Positions 1 through 14,082 of a stretch of 64,000 nt of DNA are shown piece after piece (position 1 is the first letter of the stretch; each line of letters starts with the position of its first letter). The translations under genes were made by a program, and so were the position numbers. The notes under the pieces were generated by a model. It saw nothing but the letters and a program-made list of their open reading frames with translations, searched no databases and was not told where the DNA came from. This stretch comes from Marsupella aquatica (lineage: Eukaryota; Plantae; Marchantiophyta). The DNA lies in assembly GCA_973895155.1 (NCBI GenBank), contig OZ316894.1:21113867-21177866 (forward strand). Reading direction: 5' to 3'.

Positions 1-3000
1 TCATACTTTTTGGCCATCATATTTTGTGCCTTAAGAAACCACATAGACAACAACTTGCACTCAGCCTAGTATCTTTCATGGGAAGGGGCACGTGAAGGGC
101 TGGCAAGGAGGGACAGGGGAGTAGAGGAGTGAAAATGTAGAAAGGGGGACATGGGGAGGAATGAAAATTTTGAAATGGGAAGAGGAGGGGTGGGGTGGGG
201 GGGGGGGGGGGGGGGAGAAAAAAGGGATATAGTTGTTGTGCCTTAAATCTTAGAAGAATGTGCCCTCAAGTCTTAACTAGCCTTGCTCTGGCTCTGGCTC
301 CAACTGTTGCTGCAGCTCTTGCCTCAACTCTTGCCCTGTCTCTCCCAACCCATTACACCTTCCATGCCTTGCTGTCAAGTTGCAGGCATACTCCTCATTT
401 GACACCCATACTCTCACCTTGCAACCATTTGCTTGACTTGAGAACCAAACTTGTATGCAACAACAGCATTTTCACAAGGACGACAATTTGTCAATAACAC
501 AGTTTGTGTCAACAACACTTTTGCAACAACACATCTGTGACCACAAACTGGCCGCAATGACGACACAAATTTAACAAGTGTGCAACACAAGGTATTGGGC
601 TAGTGTTGTAATATTACTCAAAGTTTTGGGTCAGACTGCTGGCAGGTTCTTCCAATACAACAAATCTCATGAAATCCTGCTTTTTGTTGCTTTGAAAATG
701 AGTTTGAAAGGTCACAAAATTGGCATGACCTGTTTCCTCCACATTCATCAAGGTCACATGTCACCTTGTGAATAAGTGTTTGGCACCTGCACCTACAATA
801 ATGTACAATGAAGCTCTCCAGTGACGTTTTCAAAGTTGCATACAAGTTAGCAATTCTCTCATAGTCACTAATAGGGCACTGAATATAATTATCACCATGG
901 TGCAACCTACTAGCAATATGACAGATGGAAGGTTATTCTTCCAGGAGCCATCACTATTTCCCAACTATGGTGATTATCCCTATCAAATCTCATTAGGCTT
1001 TGTGTGAGCACTCATGTGAGCATGGAACATAAAGTGTTTGAGTGTAGAGTATCCAACTTTACAGAAATGCATCAATGACTACTGTAAGGAACATGTTGGA
1101 TATTCTGCAAGTGTGCCTTGACGTCCCTGGCCGCATCATTACCATAGCCATTGGATTAAAGAGTGAGTATCCACAGTCTTGCAATTTCGATCTCAAAGGG
1201 TTAAGGGCAATGCAAGGAATATATGTCAAACACATACAAAGTACTCGTTACTCATTTCATCATGTAAAATTCATCTTTATGATACCAAGCAGGGGAAGTG
1301 AATTGTTTTCAGAATGCCTGTCATTTTGACACAGTAAAGACATATGATATATGTTATATTTGAGATATACCTCAAGGTCCCCGTCAAGCTCCATGGCCTG
1401 CTCCTCTCGCCACTCCTCTTCTTCTTTCACAAGCTTTGCCTTCTACTTTACTTTCAATTGCCTCTCAGAAATCAAGAGTGTTCTAACACACAAGCTTTGA
1501 GTTTTAGTTGTGTTAAAATGACTTAAAACTAGTTTAATTTTATGACATTTCAGTTCATAAGTTGTAGATTGATGGCAAAAATAACTTCCATGCATGGTTT
1601 GCCTTCTCTCTTCTCAACCCTCCCTAACCTAAGAAAACAATACAAATGAAAGCTTGGGCATAGCCAAGCCAAAGTACAGCCAAAGTACAATGCTTGATTT
1701 GATCTAGGAAACTCAAATACAATTTGAATTCAAGCAGGTGCTGCAAATGATGAGAGACCAGGAGGCAGGGATGGGATAGTGATAGGTGAGTCAAATATGT
1801 ACCACTGCTTAGTTGCATACACGAGTGTTCAGAGAGTGGTTTCTTTGGTGAAGCATCTATAAATCACACCTTGTTGTCCACCTGAAACATACAAATCTTG
1901 TGTTAGGTAAGCTAGCCTGATGCGTATCTTTTGGATGTCAATAATTGGTGAGAACAAAACTAAGTGCGCTCATTTCTCACCCACCAAATTGTAGGTTTCT
2001 GCCCCAGCCTGGCTAGAGTCATGGTCTAGAGGCTTCATTCTAAGAGGAATCTTAAGATATGATTGCAAAGACAAACTCTAGCTTCTCTATGCAATTATAT
2101 AGTACAATTCTTCTTAGTTTTAAACAAATCAAAACACCTAACTGGTAAGTACTAAGCTCCAATCTACTCTCAGTTTGGCGAGAGAAATAGGCTACCACTT
2201 TATAACACTTGCGGTTTTCTCTCAAGGCAATGTGTTTGCAACTGTTGTTCCCCAAACATAAGGCCCAGGCTTGTATTCAAATAGCACACCAACTGAGCAG
2301 CCTATTCAAATAAAAAGTCATTGGCCTTTTGTATCAAACAGGGCTTTCTCATTGAGTGAAATACTGCTTTGTCTTGTTAAGATTGAAGGCAAAGATGGCA
2401 TGTTTAAACACAAGAATCAATTTGTATTCAAACACAAGACCCGAGCATCCTACACATACCACAATCTTTCGAAGGAAAATCCATTTTTCTCAGGACACCC
2501 TCTTCTTGTCATTTTCAAATGCAAGGCCCACGGAAGACAGTAGTATGACGTTTAAGAAAGTTCCTCACCTTTCTATTGAAGCCAAAATGAATGTTGCCGA
2601 CTCGCATTAATCTCAGAAATTGCCTACAATTGTAATACAGAAATTGCCTACAACTGTAATACAAAACAAGGATAGTTGCAATGGCTCCCATCCAGCAAAT
2701 AACAATTATAACCCTATGGTCCCTGAGAGGAAAAACCACAAGTCAGAGGTTAAAAGGGTATCTGAGAGTAGGTACCATTAGAGGTTATGGAAAGGGGGTT
2801 CACAACTCATTAATGGCAGCATGTTGAATGAAGAAAAGTTGACAATAAACAGCCATATGTGCAAGAGTCATGTGCAAGTTAGATATTTATATGTCCATAG
2901 AAATAGCGCCAAACATTTTGCCATAATGTTTTTCTAATTAATTACATATTTATTTTGACAAAAACCAGGAAATAGGATGATGCTAAGAGCACAATTCTAA

Positions 3001-6000
3001 GGTTATCCAGTGTCAAGGAAGCCTGAATGGACCACAATGTATGACAAATGCACTTTTGAATTCAAATGGGGTCTTTTCTTTGTATAAATTGTTACATTTT
3101 TGAGTCTCAATAGTAGCTAGGTCTGCTAGAATTGCTCGGTTACACATTGTGGTGCACTCAAACATCAATTTCATTATCCAGCGCAGTCCACTTGGGATCG
3201 CAGGATATTGCTAAAAATCAATAACTCAAAAATGATATATCAAACTATCTTTAATAGTTTGTTGAGATTCCATTAGGGTTGTCTCCACTCATGCTATCCA
3301 GACCTCAATTTAAAAAAACTTACACTATAAATTTAACTATACGCCGATCGACTCTGCGATTTGATCTTGATCAGTTCTTCTCCTCTCGCATGTCTACGTG
3401 ATGGTCCAGTTTCCATGGTATGGAATGGTTTTCCAGGACTTTGGATTTTCCAATAAGTCCACTGTTCATGACCTACTCCCTAGAGTGAAGCCATAGGCCT
3501 AATTTTGTTGGTAAAAGATAGGTTTGATATTTAGACTGAGAACACACATGAGGAGTCTAGGTACAAGGACACTTTGTGTGCTATAGTAAGTGATGTTGAG
3601 CTTAAATGTTATCAAATATAAGTGAGATGGCTAGGCAGTCAAACATAGAAGGGAGTCAGATCAGTAATCAGACTGGCAACTGGATCTCTAGGAATGCAAG
3701 TTGCAGGGAAAGTAATGGGTTGGGCAGGGGAAAGATCCACAGTTGCACCTTCAGGCCCTTCTCGTGGTTGAGAAAAATGTCATCTTAATTTAATGGCTAG
3801 GGAAGCTTCTCAGCAAATGACATTTCTCCAACAGACCATGAGAAAAAAAGAGCAAGATGACATATCATATTGTTGAGAAGCTAAAATTATTGTCTGCCAT
3901 TCTGATTTTACCCCCTTTCTATCAAAATATTTTGTGGTGGCCAAAATTAGCTAGAGTACACCTCTCCTAAAAGTACTGGCCACTTTTTTGCTAAAGTTCT
4001 GTAGACTTTCTGTCATCCATTAGCCAGTTCTCACCTAGTCACACAGACCCCATTAACAAGAATCTAACGGTCATCCTTCAATCTAAGGAAGGTAAAAATT
4101 CATCTGGGAAATTAGATAAGTAATATTATTGGCCAATTTCTGTCAAGATTTTTTAAAGATTTATGGACATAGATTTCATCGTTCTTATTGGTGGTTCATG
4201 ATTCTCACAATGCATATACCCAAGGCACAAAACACCTACCGTATGTGGACAGCTGCTTCTGCCAATAATGACCGTCCAGAAAGTATACCAACTCACGCAA
4301 ACCTCGAGGCAAACACATGGGGTTTGTTTCCATTGGGATATAAAAATATTTGTTGAACAAATTTGGTTTTTTCTTACAATCATTGCTTAAGGTCGATCTT
4401 CGCCTTTCTTAACGTTCAATTCCACCCAATAAACAGGAGAGATTTGATTTACCCCTCAAACAAGATATGACTTCTTGTTGCCAAACTTCAATTTAAGTGT
4501 GCTGATGGGACCCTACCCAATCTATTGAAGAGACACATTAACCAAAGCGATAATATAACATAGAATAGATAAAGTGCAGCGTGCACGATTAGTACTCCCC
4601 TTTTGGAATATTTGGTCCCCAAGTTGTACACGTGTAACCAGAGACTGGTTTGCAGCCTGAGTTTGGATGGGATGTTCATCACAGCTGCTCTAATAATAAG
4701 TGTCTTGTAGTATAAGAAGGATAGGATGACGATAGGGCATGGTCATGCTCCAAACGAAGGGCATCCACATGTTTAGAGTCTAACACTGTCGGTTTAAGAC
4801 ACAAAATGTTTAGAGACTTAGGGTGGCCTTACACGAAGTTGGGGGCCATTGTTTCTTTCATTTAGATTAAATTTGGACCCTACAATGAGTTTTTTAAATA
4901 AAGGTTTTTTTAAGGAAAAGGTGATGGTGTGAGGGATGTATTCCAGGGACCACCGTGGTGAAGACCACCAGCGCACAGAGTAAAACAAAACCCAAGGGGC
5001 CCAAATACACATCAATCAAGCGTCAAAATCCGCAGAAGGACCTGAGGGTCACCAAATAAAACCGTAGGCCTAGAGTGAATCAGGCTCAGCCAGCTACAGA
5101 AAGCCATGTCATGAGTCCAGCAGCTAATAGGATAGACGGGGTGAACAGCCCCATCCTCTCTGATCAGGTGATCAGTAGAGATAGTGAGACTATGATGCCA
5201 AAAAGCGTTTGCTGGCCCTACAATGAATAGAAACAACTACAGTTGATTTAGAAATACTAGGGGGCCCATCGGGGTATATTGTCATACTCATCCTACATGG
5301 CACATAGTGGGCCCAAGAAAATATGTGTGCTTAGTACTTATAGAAGTTTAGACCTCCTCCCTAGATGGTCCAAAACATGTCCAAACTTTGGCTCCTCCAT
5401 CAATGGATTTGCATTTATTGAACCCCACTTCCAAATTGTTTTTGTCTCTTGTCTATCCCTTCAACAGGAAGTGGCCCTCCAGTTTGCTTTGGTGAAAACA
5501 ATCACAAGTGCCCCCAATGTCTTGGAAAGCCACCCTCATTTCACGTTGGATACAAGGGGATGAGCCCCAACTCTACACTGTTATTGGGATGGCAGTGGAA
5601 CTATCATCAGATGATCAATTCCTGGCCCCAAGAGTCAAACATTCGATCTTGAGGGGTCAAGTTTTGGGGCTCTCTCACAAGGGAATAGGGCTTTTGTTTC
5701 TTGGCAAGATTTAGAGGCATCTCAGCGTGCTGAAACCCATTTCTTTACTGGTTTGGATAAGGGTGGACCACCATTTGTTAATAGTGGTTAAGAGTCTTCT
5801 GATTTTACTTTTTAAAGGCAAAACTGTCCAGCGCAAGCTGAGCAGGCAGGGAAAATTCTGAGTCTTACTTTTTTATGGTCCTTCAGTTTTGGCTTCTTGT
5901 CTGGTTATCTCGGGAAAACGAGGTTACTGATTTCATAGAAAAAGCATATAGAAATATTGTGGTCTTGGGATTTATCTCCCCTGGGAGCTTTCCCTGATAT

Positions 6001-7400
6001 AAAAAAAACACATCAAATTGTCATGCTCTTAGGATCTGTCTCCCTCGTGAGCTTTCCTAGTTTGCATATGTCATTTTAATGTTTATTGGAATGGGTTTTC
6101 CAAGGGAGAAAAAAGGAATCACAAGACAGGATGGGATGCTTTTTCAAACCCAAACCTTTGCTCATATAGGGTTCTTAATCCACAAGTACCCCTATAAAGG
6201 GCTCCCAGTAGCCAACATTACTACTTTCACGTAGAGTAAATCTCACATATGAAGAGGATATCATATTTTGGAGAATTTTTAAGTATCACTGACATCTTGT
6301 TTGTTCACCACAGTGGGCAGTCTACAAAATGTGGATCTCATTGTGATCCATGTTCCACAAAAAAAGGCATGAAAAAATAGTTCATATCTTTACAGAAATC
6401 ACCACAAGTGCAAGTCATTTTCTACAGCTTCTATTGTGGGTCTGATGCCTATAAAGGTGATGCGTACATTTGGAAACAAACAGGAGCACAAGCCAGTTTC
6501 TAGAGCTTTTCATCTAGTATGGGCCGGAAGCCAACCAAGGGGATGTGCACTCAGAATTATTAAGGAATTCTATTAATGGCTAATCTATGTTGCTACGGTG
6601 GACCCATCACAAGGCCCTTCCAATGAATCATGCAAATGTGTGTTGTTAACCTATGCAGGGTAGTCATAATATCCATAGCATAATTATAGTTGGCAAATAA
6701 TATTGTCCTTATTGGAAGACAAATAACAAACCTCTCAGGCTCTCTTTCAATTCACCTCCTGTCACCCCCTACCCCTGTTGTGGCGAAGGGGTCCGCACAG
6801 GAACTGTACACAACAATGGTACATTGTCTTCTGTTGGCACCCCTGTGCCATAACAAGGGTAGGGGGTGGCAAAAGGGGGTGACTGGAAAGCAACACTCAA
6901 CAGCAAGAGGAAGAAAAAGCATTCGAAGCAGCCCATGCCACGTACTAAGCCTGCTTCTTCCAGGCTGTGCAAAAGCGTATACACAACACTACACCACTAC
7001 TCTAAAGAGGTGGTCCAGCCAAAGTAAACTGAGCTGGCCACTGAGCCAGACCAAAGTACAAACTCCACAGCAATGAAGAGTGAGGACTAGTTCTTAGCCA
7101 GGATCAGAGGGATCTCCCACTTCACTTGGACCAGGGTAGCAATTTGAATGCGCTGTCACATTGGTAACACGATAGTAACAATGGGATGTCAAAGACATTG
7201 CATGTGATTTTTTTTCTACCCCAACTAATGTTGGGTCTAACCCTCTCAAGATCAGACTAGAGGGGAGCAGGACGAGGTATGATTCCTGTTGGAGATGTGG
7301 TGCCCAAAGAATCTACTCATATCACAACAAGTTTTCCAAGTTGGTGGAGTACTGATAGGAAACTAATCCCCCCCAAATTGGCTGATGAAAAGCTCTTCCT
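1..7400. mobile_element. Decayed repeat/transposon-remnant block
   Basis: No coherent ORFs and visibly few CpG. Segments are shared with other intergenic blocks (TTTAGACCTCCTCCC at ~5347 and ~20925; TTAGCCA..CTAGTCAC..GACCCCA at ~4020 and ~45748). Family not assignable. Confidence 0.5.
182..215. repeat. Poly-G / G-rich tract (G-quadruplex-capable)
   Basis: GAGGAGGGTGGGGTG followed by about 20 consecutive G. Confidence 0.8.
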
Positions 7401-7906
7401 GCACTACACTTTACAAAAAAGCTAACAGTTATTTATTTAGAGAAGATGAAAAAGAGAAACAAAAATGCTTGTTTTCTCCAATAACCTGTCATAAGCATCA
7501 GTCATCACAAACAAAATGACGACCTTAACAAATTCGCTTGCCCAATTAACATACACCAACTGGACTCACTAAGGGGTTCTTGTGGTCATGTGTAACCTAT
7601 ATCATGTGTAACCCATATAAGGGGCAAGGAAGGATGAACTACATTTCTTGAAGTGGTCAAATATCTGGCTGGCTTTTAGTTGAGGACATTTCAGAAGATC
7701 AGCAGAAGCCCAACGGCCCAACGAACACAGAAGTCATATGCACTCTAGCTAGGTACCCTCAGAACCAGCAACCACTCGGCATTCTAGTACAATATCAATG
7801 TTTCCAAGATTACTCAACAACCGGGCTTGACCACGTCACTGAACCATTAAATGTCATGGCTGAATTCTGAATCTACTACTCTCTTTTTCACTTTCTATTC
7901 GGTATT

Positions 7907-8095
7907 CACAAGCCTCAAACGACATGTGAGTATAGAATCCTTCTTGGTTGTTGGAAGAACTTTCTTCCTTTGTCTCCGTTGTTTTAGGGAGTTGCTATCC
8001 ACAAGCCTCAAACCATATGTGCGAAATATGAAAACCTATCAATGTGATTCTTGTTGTTGAAAGAACTTTCTTCCTTCATCTCCTTTGTTTCCTGG
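7907..8095. repeat. Degenerate 2-copy tandem duplication (~93 bp)
   Basis: CACAAGCCTCAAAC..ATGTG..TTCTTG..GAAGAACTTTCTTCCTT at 7907 and 8000. Confidence 0.75.
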
Positions 8096-9168
8096 AGACC
8101 TTTCTGTGTGTCGAACGAGTTGCTCAGCAAAATATACGGACGTTAGAGATCTCGTGATAGTAACGAACTGTATTGACAATCATCCTCTAGAGGACCTGAA
8201 GCACAAAGCGGTCGGCATTCGTTATGCAAGTTGCAAAATTGGGTCACGACTGATACTCATTACATTAGATCAATTCACTGAATTTCTCTGCCTGAACATT
8301 TCGGGAGGAATAAGAAGTATAGAGCCCGCATTCTGGTTTGTTGCCAGAAATTCTCAATTTGATTTTCAAATATCGGGCACATGCTGATCAGATCAGCTTC
8401 CTACCTTCAGACAAATCCCGGGAAAGCATTCGATCTCAGAAAGAAACGCAACCAGCTTAAGAACTGAGCTTGTTTCTTATACAAGCCTGAGCAAAGTGCA
8501 CAACGAAGTGCATTGTTTCTCAAGATGAGTCTCTTATAAGTCTTTCCAATGTACCCAATAGTGGCTGAATACTTTCTAAGAATCAAGCTACTAGTTGGTC
8601 AACATCCCCTTCATGTTGCATGATAATAAACCCAAGTGCTCTTCACCAAGTCCCTAGGTTCGCCAAACTCCCTTACTTCATGCTATCAAGGTGACCAATC
8701 CAAGCTGAGCAGCAAGGTCTACTGTAAAGGTGATGTTCGGAAAAGAATGAAAATTTCATCAAATCATTCATAAAGCAAGGACCCCGCTGTGGCATTTTTG
8801 TGACCACTGCCTGAGTCACCCTTGTGCAAGCCCGGACTTCAACTGCAATTTGTATCGTGTCCAGGCAAAAACAATTGGACTGAACAGAATATTCAGTGTT
8901 TTACCTGTAAATACCCTTCATGGGTGTTACCGCCTAGTTGCAATCTTTGACGTTAACCTAAAAATTGACGAGCCAACCTCGCATATCCTGCTTGCTGAGA
9001 GATATTATGCTGTGATTGAGAGAGGCCCTTGCGAGAATTGAAGATTCTAACCCAGATGACTCTCATGGAGTGAAAGAATGACCGCGGAAAAGTAGTAGGA
9101 CCATGCCTTAGTAAGCGACGACTGCTCCAACTATCAGTGGTCCCATTATGGTTCCCAATGTTATCGGC

Positions 9169-12100
9169 TTATTCCTCAGTTTGTTGTACATACCTCCGAC
9201 AAATAGTTTCTGGTGTTGGTGCATCCCAACTCTCCCATAATTGCCCAAATTGATATACTTCTTGGATGCACTCCTCTTCTGTTCTTCTCTTAATCCATTG
9301 TCTGGCATGAGCTTGCTGAGGACCTGAAATCTCATCAAACATGGTTTCCCAGCCAGGTTTGAGATCACGACGTGCGTCACATAGCGCCAAATCCTTGACA
9401 GGGTTTATCCATCCCCACCCGGTATCCAATGCTCTAATTGCCTGAGCAGCAGCATCCCCGCTCAATACAGGATGACATGGCTTGCACTTTGCTCCATTAA
9501 GCGCTCCTTTACTCTTTATCGATAACACTGGAACGTCCCATGCGGTCAACGGCCATGAATACTTTCGAGCAGTCAAGATGCAGAATCGGAAGTCATCGAA
9601 TTTTACTTTGACATTTGAAACATCAAACTGGTGCTTGAAGGCCTGTTCTGAATTCAAGAACCTGTAACCAAGCTCGTGAAGCTTCGGTATTAAGCTCAGT
9701 CTAGACAATGCCACCCAACTCGTGTTTCGAGTCCCTACTCCCAACCTATCATTGAGACCACCGAAACTACTCCCATGAGGCACATGGTAATACTTGGGAT
9801 TTAATGTATGAAGTGGTGGCAACGGTCCGCTCCAATATCCATCAACTCTGGTTCTTATGATCCAATCATACTTAAAGCTATGCTTAGTTTCGTATGAAGA
9901 GATCATCGTCAGGCACCCTTCCACCAGTCTGAAGTATTGAAGAAGACCCTGTTCGGAGATAGCACGTAATTTGATGTCAGAAAACATTAGCCGACGACAA
10001 GACAAAATCCTGTGTGTTGTAACACACCACAACGTACAGGCGGACAGTTTGGATTTCCAGCTTCAGCAGCTGAGGAGATGACTTTGAGCTGCAATTGAGT
10101 ATTTTTCTTACTTTCTGAGTCCGCGGGCCAGACGGAGTCACAGGCGAGGTTTTCAGAACTACCATCTCTAATGCAACTTATGGTCGAGTGAAGTGACCTG
10201 GCGCTCTATTCATTGCAATCTAAGTGAAATATTCCCACTCCCATTCCAGCGAGTGGGAGTTGGAACTGCCGTACCATTCGGTGAGCAATGTCTCCTAAGA
10301 AAGAATGAAATAAACGCGGTTCACTGGATTGAAGTCGTCTTCAATGACCACATGTCTAAGCACATGACAGTGGTGATACCAAAGCAATTGGGAGTGTTTG
10401 TCTAAATACAAGTGGAGAATTTCCTCCTGGGTGAAAATATATAATACTTCCACCCAAACATTCAGTGAATGACATCCTTCTTTTAGTTTGCACAAAAGCT
10501 ATTTGCACAAACACAGTAGCAATCAAATTGATCCTAAGGGTCCCAACAGGCACGCACTAAAAGCGAGCGACCATTCAAACCAAAGGACTCACTATAAAGT
10601 CATCCAGACAAGGCAAATTTTTTTGGGTCAGTCTCCAAATGTGGGTCATCAAATATTCCCATAACCAGTAATGTACCAAAAGGAGATGTGAAGAGTGACT
10701 TCAAGTCCCACCTCGGGCATTCAAATATTTCGATCTGATGATTCCATCTCCGCTTACTAAGCTGTGGGTTTAATGGTTACATGAATCTCCTGTCCCACCT
10801 CGCAGGGCCAGATCTTGGATCTCAGGATTGTATTTCGTTTATTTAATCCGTTACAGAGTTCCGGCCCCGCCAGAGTGTTATGTTGTATGAAAGGTTGGGG
10901 GAATGGGAGCCCCATTTCCCTCTCAGTTAGCCAATAAAAAATTCACGCGCTAGCTCAACAACTCTGGAGTTTGAGGAAGGATGATGAGGAGGGATATGAG
11001 TACCTGAATGCCGTTAGGCGAATTGGCACCCGTGAGAACTTCCCGTGCCAACATAGACTCTGGAACTTGGTCATTCTCGAAGACTTGCGCCATAACCAAC
11101 TTGGAGGCATGTTTCAGGAGCGTTAGCTTGTGTACATCGTCATCTAACGGCACATGCAGAAATACGTCGGAATTGTTGTACACGTCCAGAACGTGCTGCT
11201 TGATGCTGAGCCCCGTCAGCTCAAACGACCGAGCCCCTCCTACCAAACAAATGGCCACCCGCGGATGCTCCCGTAGACTACCAATCTGCAAACCCAACTC
11301 CCCACGTGCTTAATTTAGTACAGTACGTTGAATACTCATTGCGGAACGGCAGTAGACTACTACGCCCTCTCGATAAGAACACTCAAAACAGTCCTTCGTT
11401 TCACCGACGACTGGCATCAACGGCCACCATCACCTCCAGCATAGATCGATCATTTACAAAGGATAACTCACGTCCACAACCTCCACAAGAACCCAAAACT
11501 ATGGAAAAACACTTTCACTACGAAAGCGAGATGAAGCGCAGAGAGAGAGAGAGAGATCAACGCTCTTGAAATTCACTGATTGTACATGTGGGTACCATCA
11601 CACAGCACGGAATTGCTGGAGAGAGAGTGACAGACCGAAATAGACACGCCCACGCACATGCGCACGGATTAGTGTTCATAATAATAAAGCGGCCAACAGG
11701 GCCACGTTGACCTGAGGGAAAGAGGGATGGACCGAAGTGCACTTCGAGACACACGGAGGACGGAGAGAGGCAAAGAGAGAATAGGATGAATAGATTCTAT
11801 TTTCCACACGGAAGGACACAAAGGCAGTAACATCCTGCATTTTTGGATTAAGCTTTTGTACAAGTGGGCAACAGGCACTGGATGGACCTGCTTAGACGAT
11901 GATCAGGATCCTCTAATCGACACGAGGCCCCTAGGGCGTAACACGAAGCACGCCTAAGTTCAGATTGTTCATCAGAAGGTTGACTTTGAGGACGCATTGA
12001 CGTTCAAGGACGGCAGCCGGCACAGCATCACACTGCCTTCCGACTCTCGGTAATGGGTAAGCAACGTAGCTTCAAGAGACAAAGCTTTAGGGAATCCGTA

Positions 12101-12608
12101 TGCGGAAGACTACAATAGACACGATGTCGATGTTCTCTGATCCTAACTAGAAGTCTAATCAACTGATGACACGAAGTGACAGAGTAGGTAGCAAATGAAT
12201 GAGATCTAGACGCCCACTAGGATCGAATGGGATCATGAGTGCAGTCATGAACGAGGTTTGCCGGTAACATAGAAATGGCGTATGTGTGCAGCAGATAATA
12301 GGTAGAAAACTGATACTTACATTCTCTTCGGAAGCACTCGCGGAATTTGAAGACTTTGAGGGATTGAGAGGGTTGGAACTGTTATGAAATTTTGGCTTGA
12401 CTTCTTCGACTGTACTGTAATGCTCATTAGCGAACTCAGCATAACTGCTATCGGGTTCCCCTGCCCGTCCCCAGACCGACTTGTTCAGGTAGGAAGAGGG
12501 ACTTGCAGTCTGGTGAAGTAGGACCAGAAATCCCAGTACGAAGAACACTATCCACACTTCAATTTTCGGAAACCACCTCTGCTCTCGGGTACGCGATCCC
12601 CACCCCAT
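9169..12608 (-). CDS. Plant uncharacterised membrane-anchored protein (DUF7796-like), 3 exons, ~449 aa
   Basis: Exons 12608-12321, 11285-11004, 9948-9169, all phase-0 GT-AG joins (EEN|IGSL, GIQ|GLLQYF). N-terminal TM segment (VWIVFFVLGFLVLL). Conserved plant motifs PRVAICLVGGARSFELTG and YDWIIRTRVDGYW, GGLNDRLGVG. Family name from memory, not searched. Confidence 0.85.
10705..10846 (+). promoter_or_regulatory. snRNA-type promoter: two USE copies plus TATA
   Basis: GTCCCACCTCG at 10705-10715 and 10792-10802 (plant USE consensus RTCCCACATCG, C-variant). TTTATTTAA at 10838-10846, 35 bp after the second USE (Pol II snRNA spacing). Confidence 0.55.
10872..10923 (+). ncRNA. Candidate short snRNA-like RNA of unknown family
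   Basis: Downstream of USE/TATA. Ends in an 11-bp hairpin (GGGGGAATGGG-AGC-CCCATTTCCCT, 10897-10921) followed by 3'-box-like CAGTTAGCCAAT. Confidence 0.3.
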
Positions 12609-13880
12609 CGGCACGTGCACGTGTGGTGCCTGTGAATGTGCTTGTGGTTCTCCCCCTATCCTCCTTCCTATTCTTCGCTTCCTCCAAACAGCTGAAGTAT
12701 GACAGTTATATGACAGCTAAAGCCCATCCCAAAACCCTAAACTCATTTTAAATTGGGAGCATGAAACTCCTCGAGCTTGTCCAGAGGTTGCAAAGCATGA
12801 GCATTCCACTGGCACAAAATTGACCTCGATGCTACTGCTTCGGCAGACCTATATTTTGGGTGCTTGCCACTAAAACCATGTCCGTCATCAAGCTGCTTCT
12901 CCTCGGTCTTCACTGTAGAGAATATGATGAAATCATTTCTCGCAAGGCTAATCGATCTGGCCTGATCTCATCTATATCCCAGTATCCTGGTATCCACCCG
13001 GAGACTACTTCCCATTCATATCGCTCCTCAGATTCAGACCTTATCCTCTCATGTCATTTACTTCTGCCACTTCACACTTTACCCACTTCCAAAACCAAAC
13101 TACCTTGTGCCGACCATCGTTTATGTCAGTCGTCCTCAATACAATCTCCCTCTTTCGATCCTTGACAAATGCCCCCCTACTCCTGTGCCCTGCACTCCAC
13201 TTTTTCCTCCGCTTTCTGCGCCATCAAATCACTTCCAACCACAGTCTAATGTCTCAAAACCCCATTAATCAAATTTCGAAAGGCATACATGTACTCAAGA
13301 ATAAACAGATAACAAATTGATCAGAATAAGGAAGCCGCTATACAACAGAGGATCTGCAGGCTCTATCCAAATAATCTACCGCATTATTGGTCACCACCAC
13401 CATTCAGAGATTTCGCAATCCAGGAGTTCTGCTGCCCTCCTCACTCCGTTCCACACCTCTCTTACCAGCAAGCTGATTGGGTTTACTTTGATCCCGGTCT
13501 TCTCCCATCGGGTCTAAGTCTCCTCCTTCACTGCATCTCCTTTAATCTCTCCTGCCCACCCGATCTGCTCCAGAAGTCAAGCAAAACCGCTCTCATCCAA
13601 CCTCTTCAGTACGGGAGAACTACGTCGTATGTTTGTGAGATCTCATCACTTTCTCATCTCATCTCATCCAAGTCAATTCGATTCGATTGCTTGCAACGAG
13701 CTGGTCCACGAAATCTGATCGACTGTCAGTCAACATACTGTACAGTACTCCGATTTTCACGATAACTTTCGTGCTCTCCTCTACGTCTCTCACACTGCTC
13801 GACATCCAGCTGCTGCACAAACAATTGTCGGTAGATGGCTGGCTCTCCTCCAGCACCGAGTGGGTCCGACCGGCGTGGAC

Positions 13881-14082
13881 ACGGAATCCACTCCGTCACA
13901 TACACCTCCACCGGAATGCAGCTTCTTCCCACCATCGCTTGCGACGACTGTAGCTTCGTCCCACCATAGCTTGCGACGACACGGAATCCACTCCATCACA
14001 TACACCTCCACCGGAATGCAGCTTCTGCCCACCATCGCTGGCGACGACTGCAGCTTCGTCCCACCATAGCTTGCGACGACTG
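13881..14082. repeat. 100-bp tandem duplication with internal ~30-bp subrepeats
   Basis: ACGGAATCCACTCC..ACATACACCTCCACCGGAATGCAGCTTCT at 13881 and 13981; four CCCACCAT.GCT.GCGACGAC units. Confidence 0.9.

Noticed and set aside
618-1460. Cys-rich coding-like remnants as a specific transposase
   Set aside because: Too degraded to assign a family by eye.
10880-10900. Intact U6atac gene
   Set aside because: Only the first ~14 nt resemble U6atac. The AGAGA box, the ISL and the Pol III T-run are missing.
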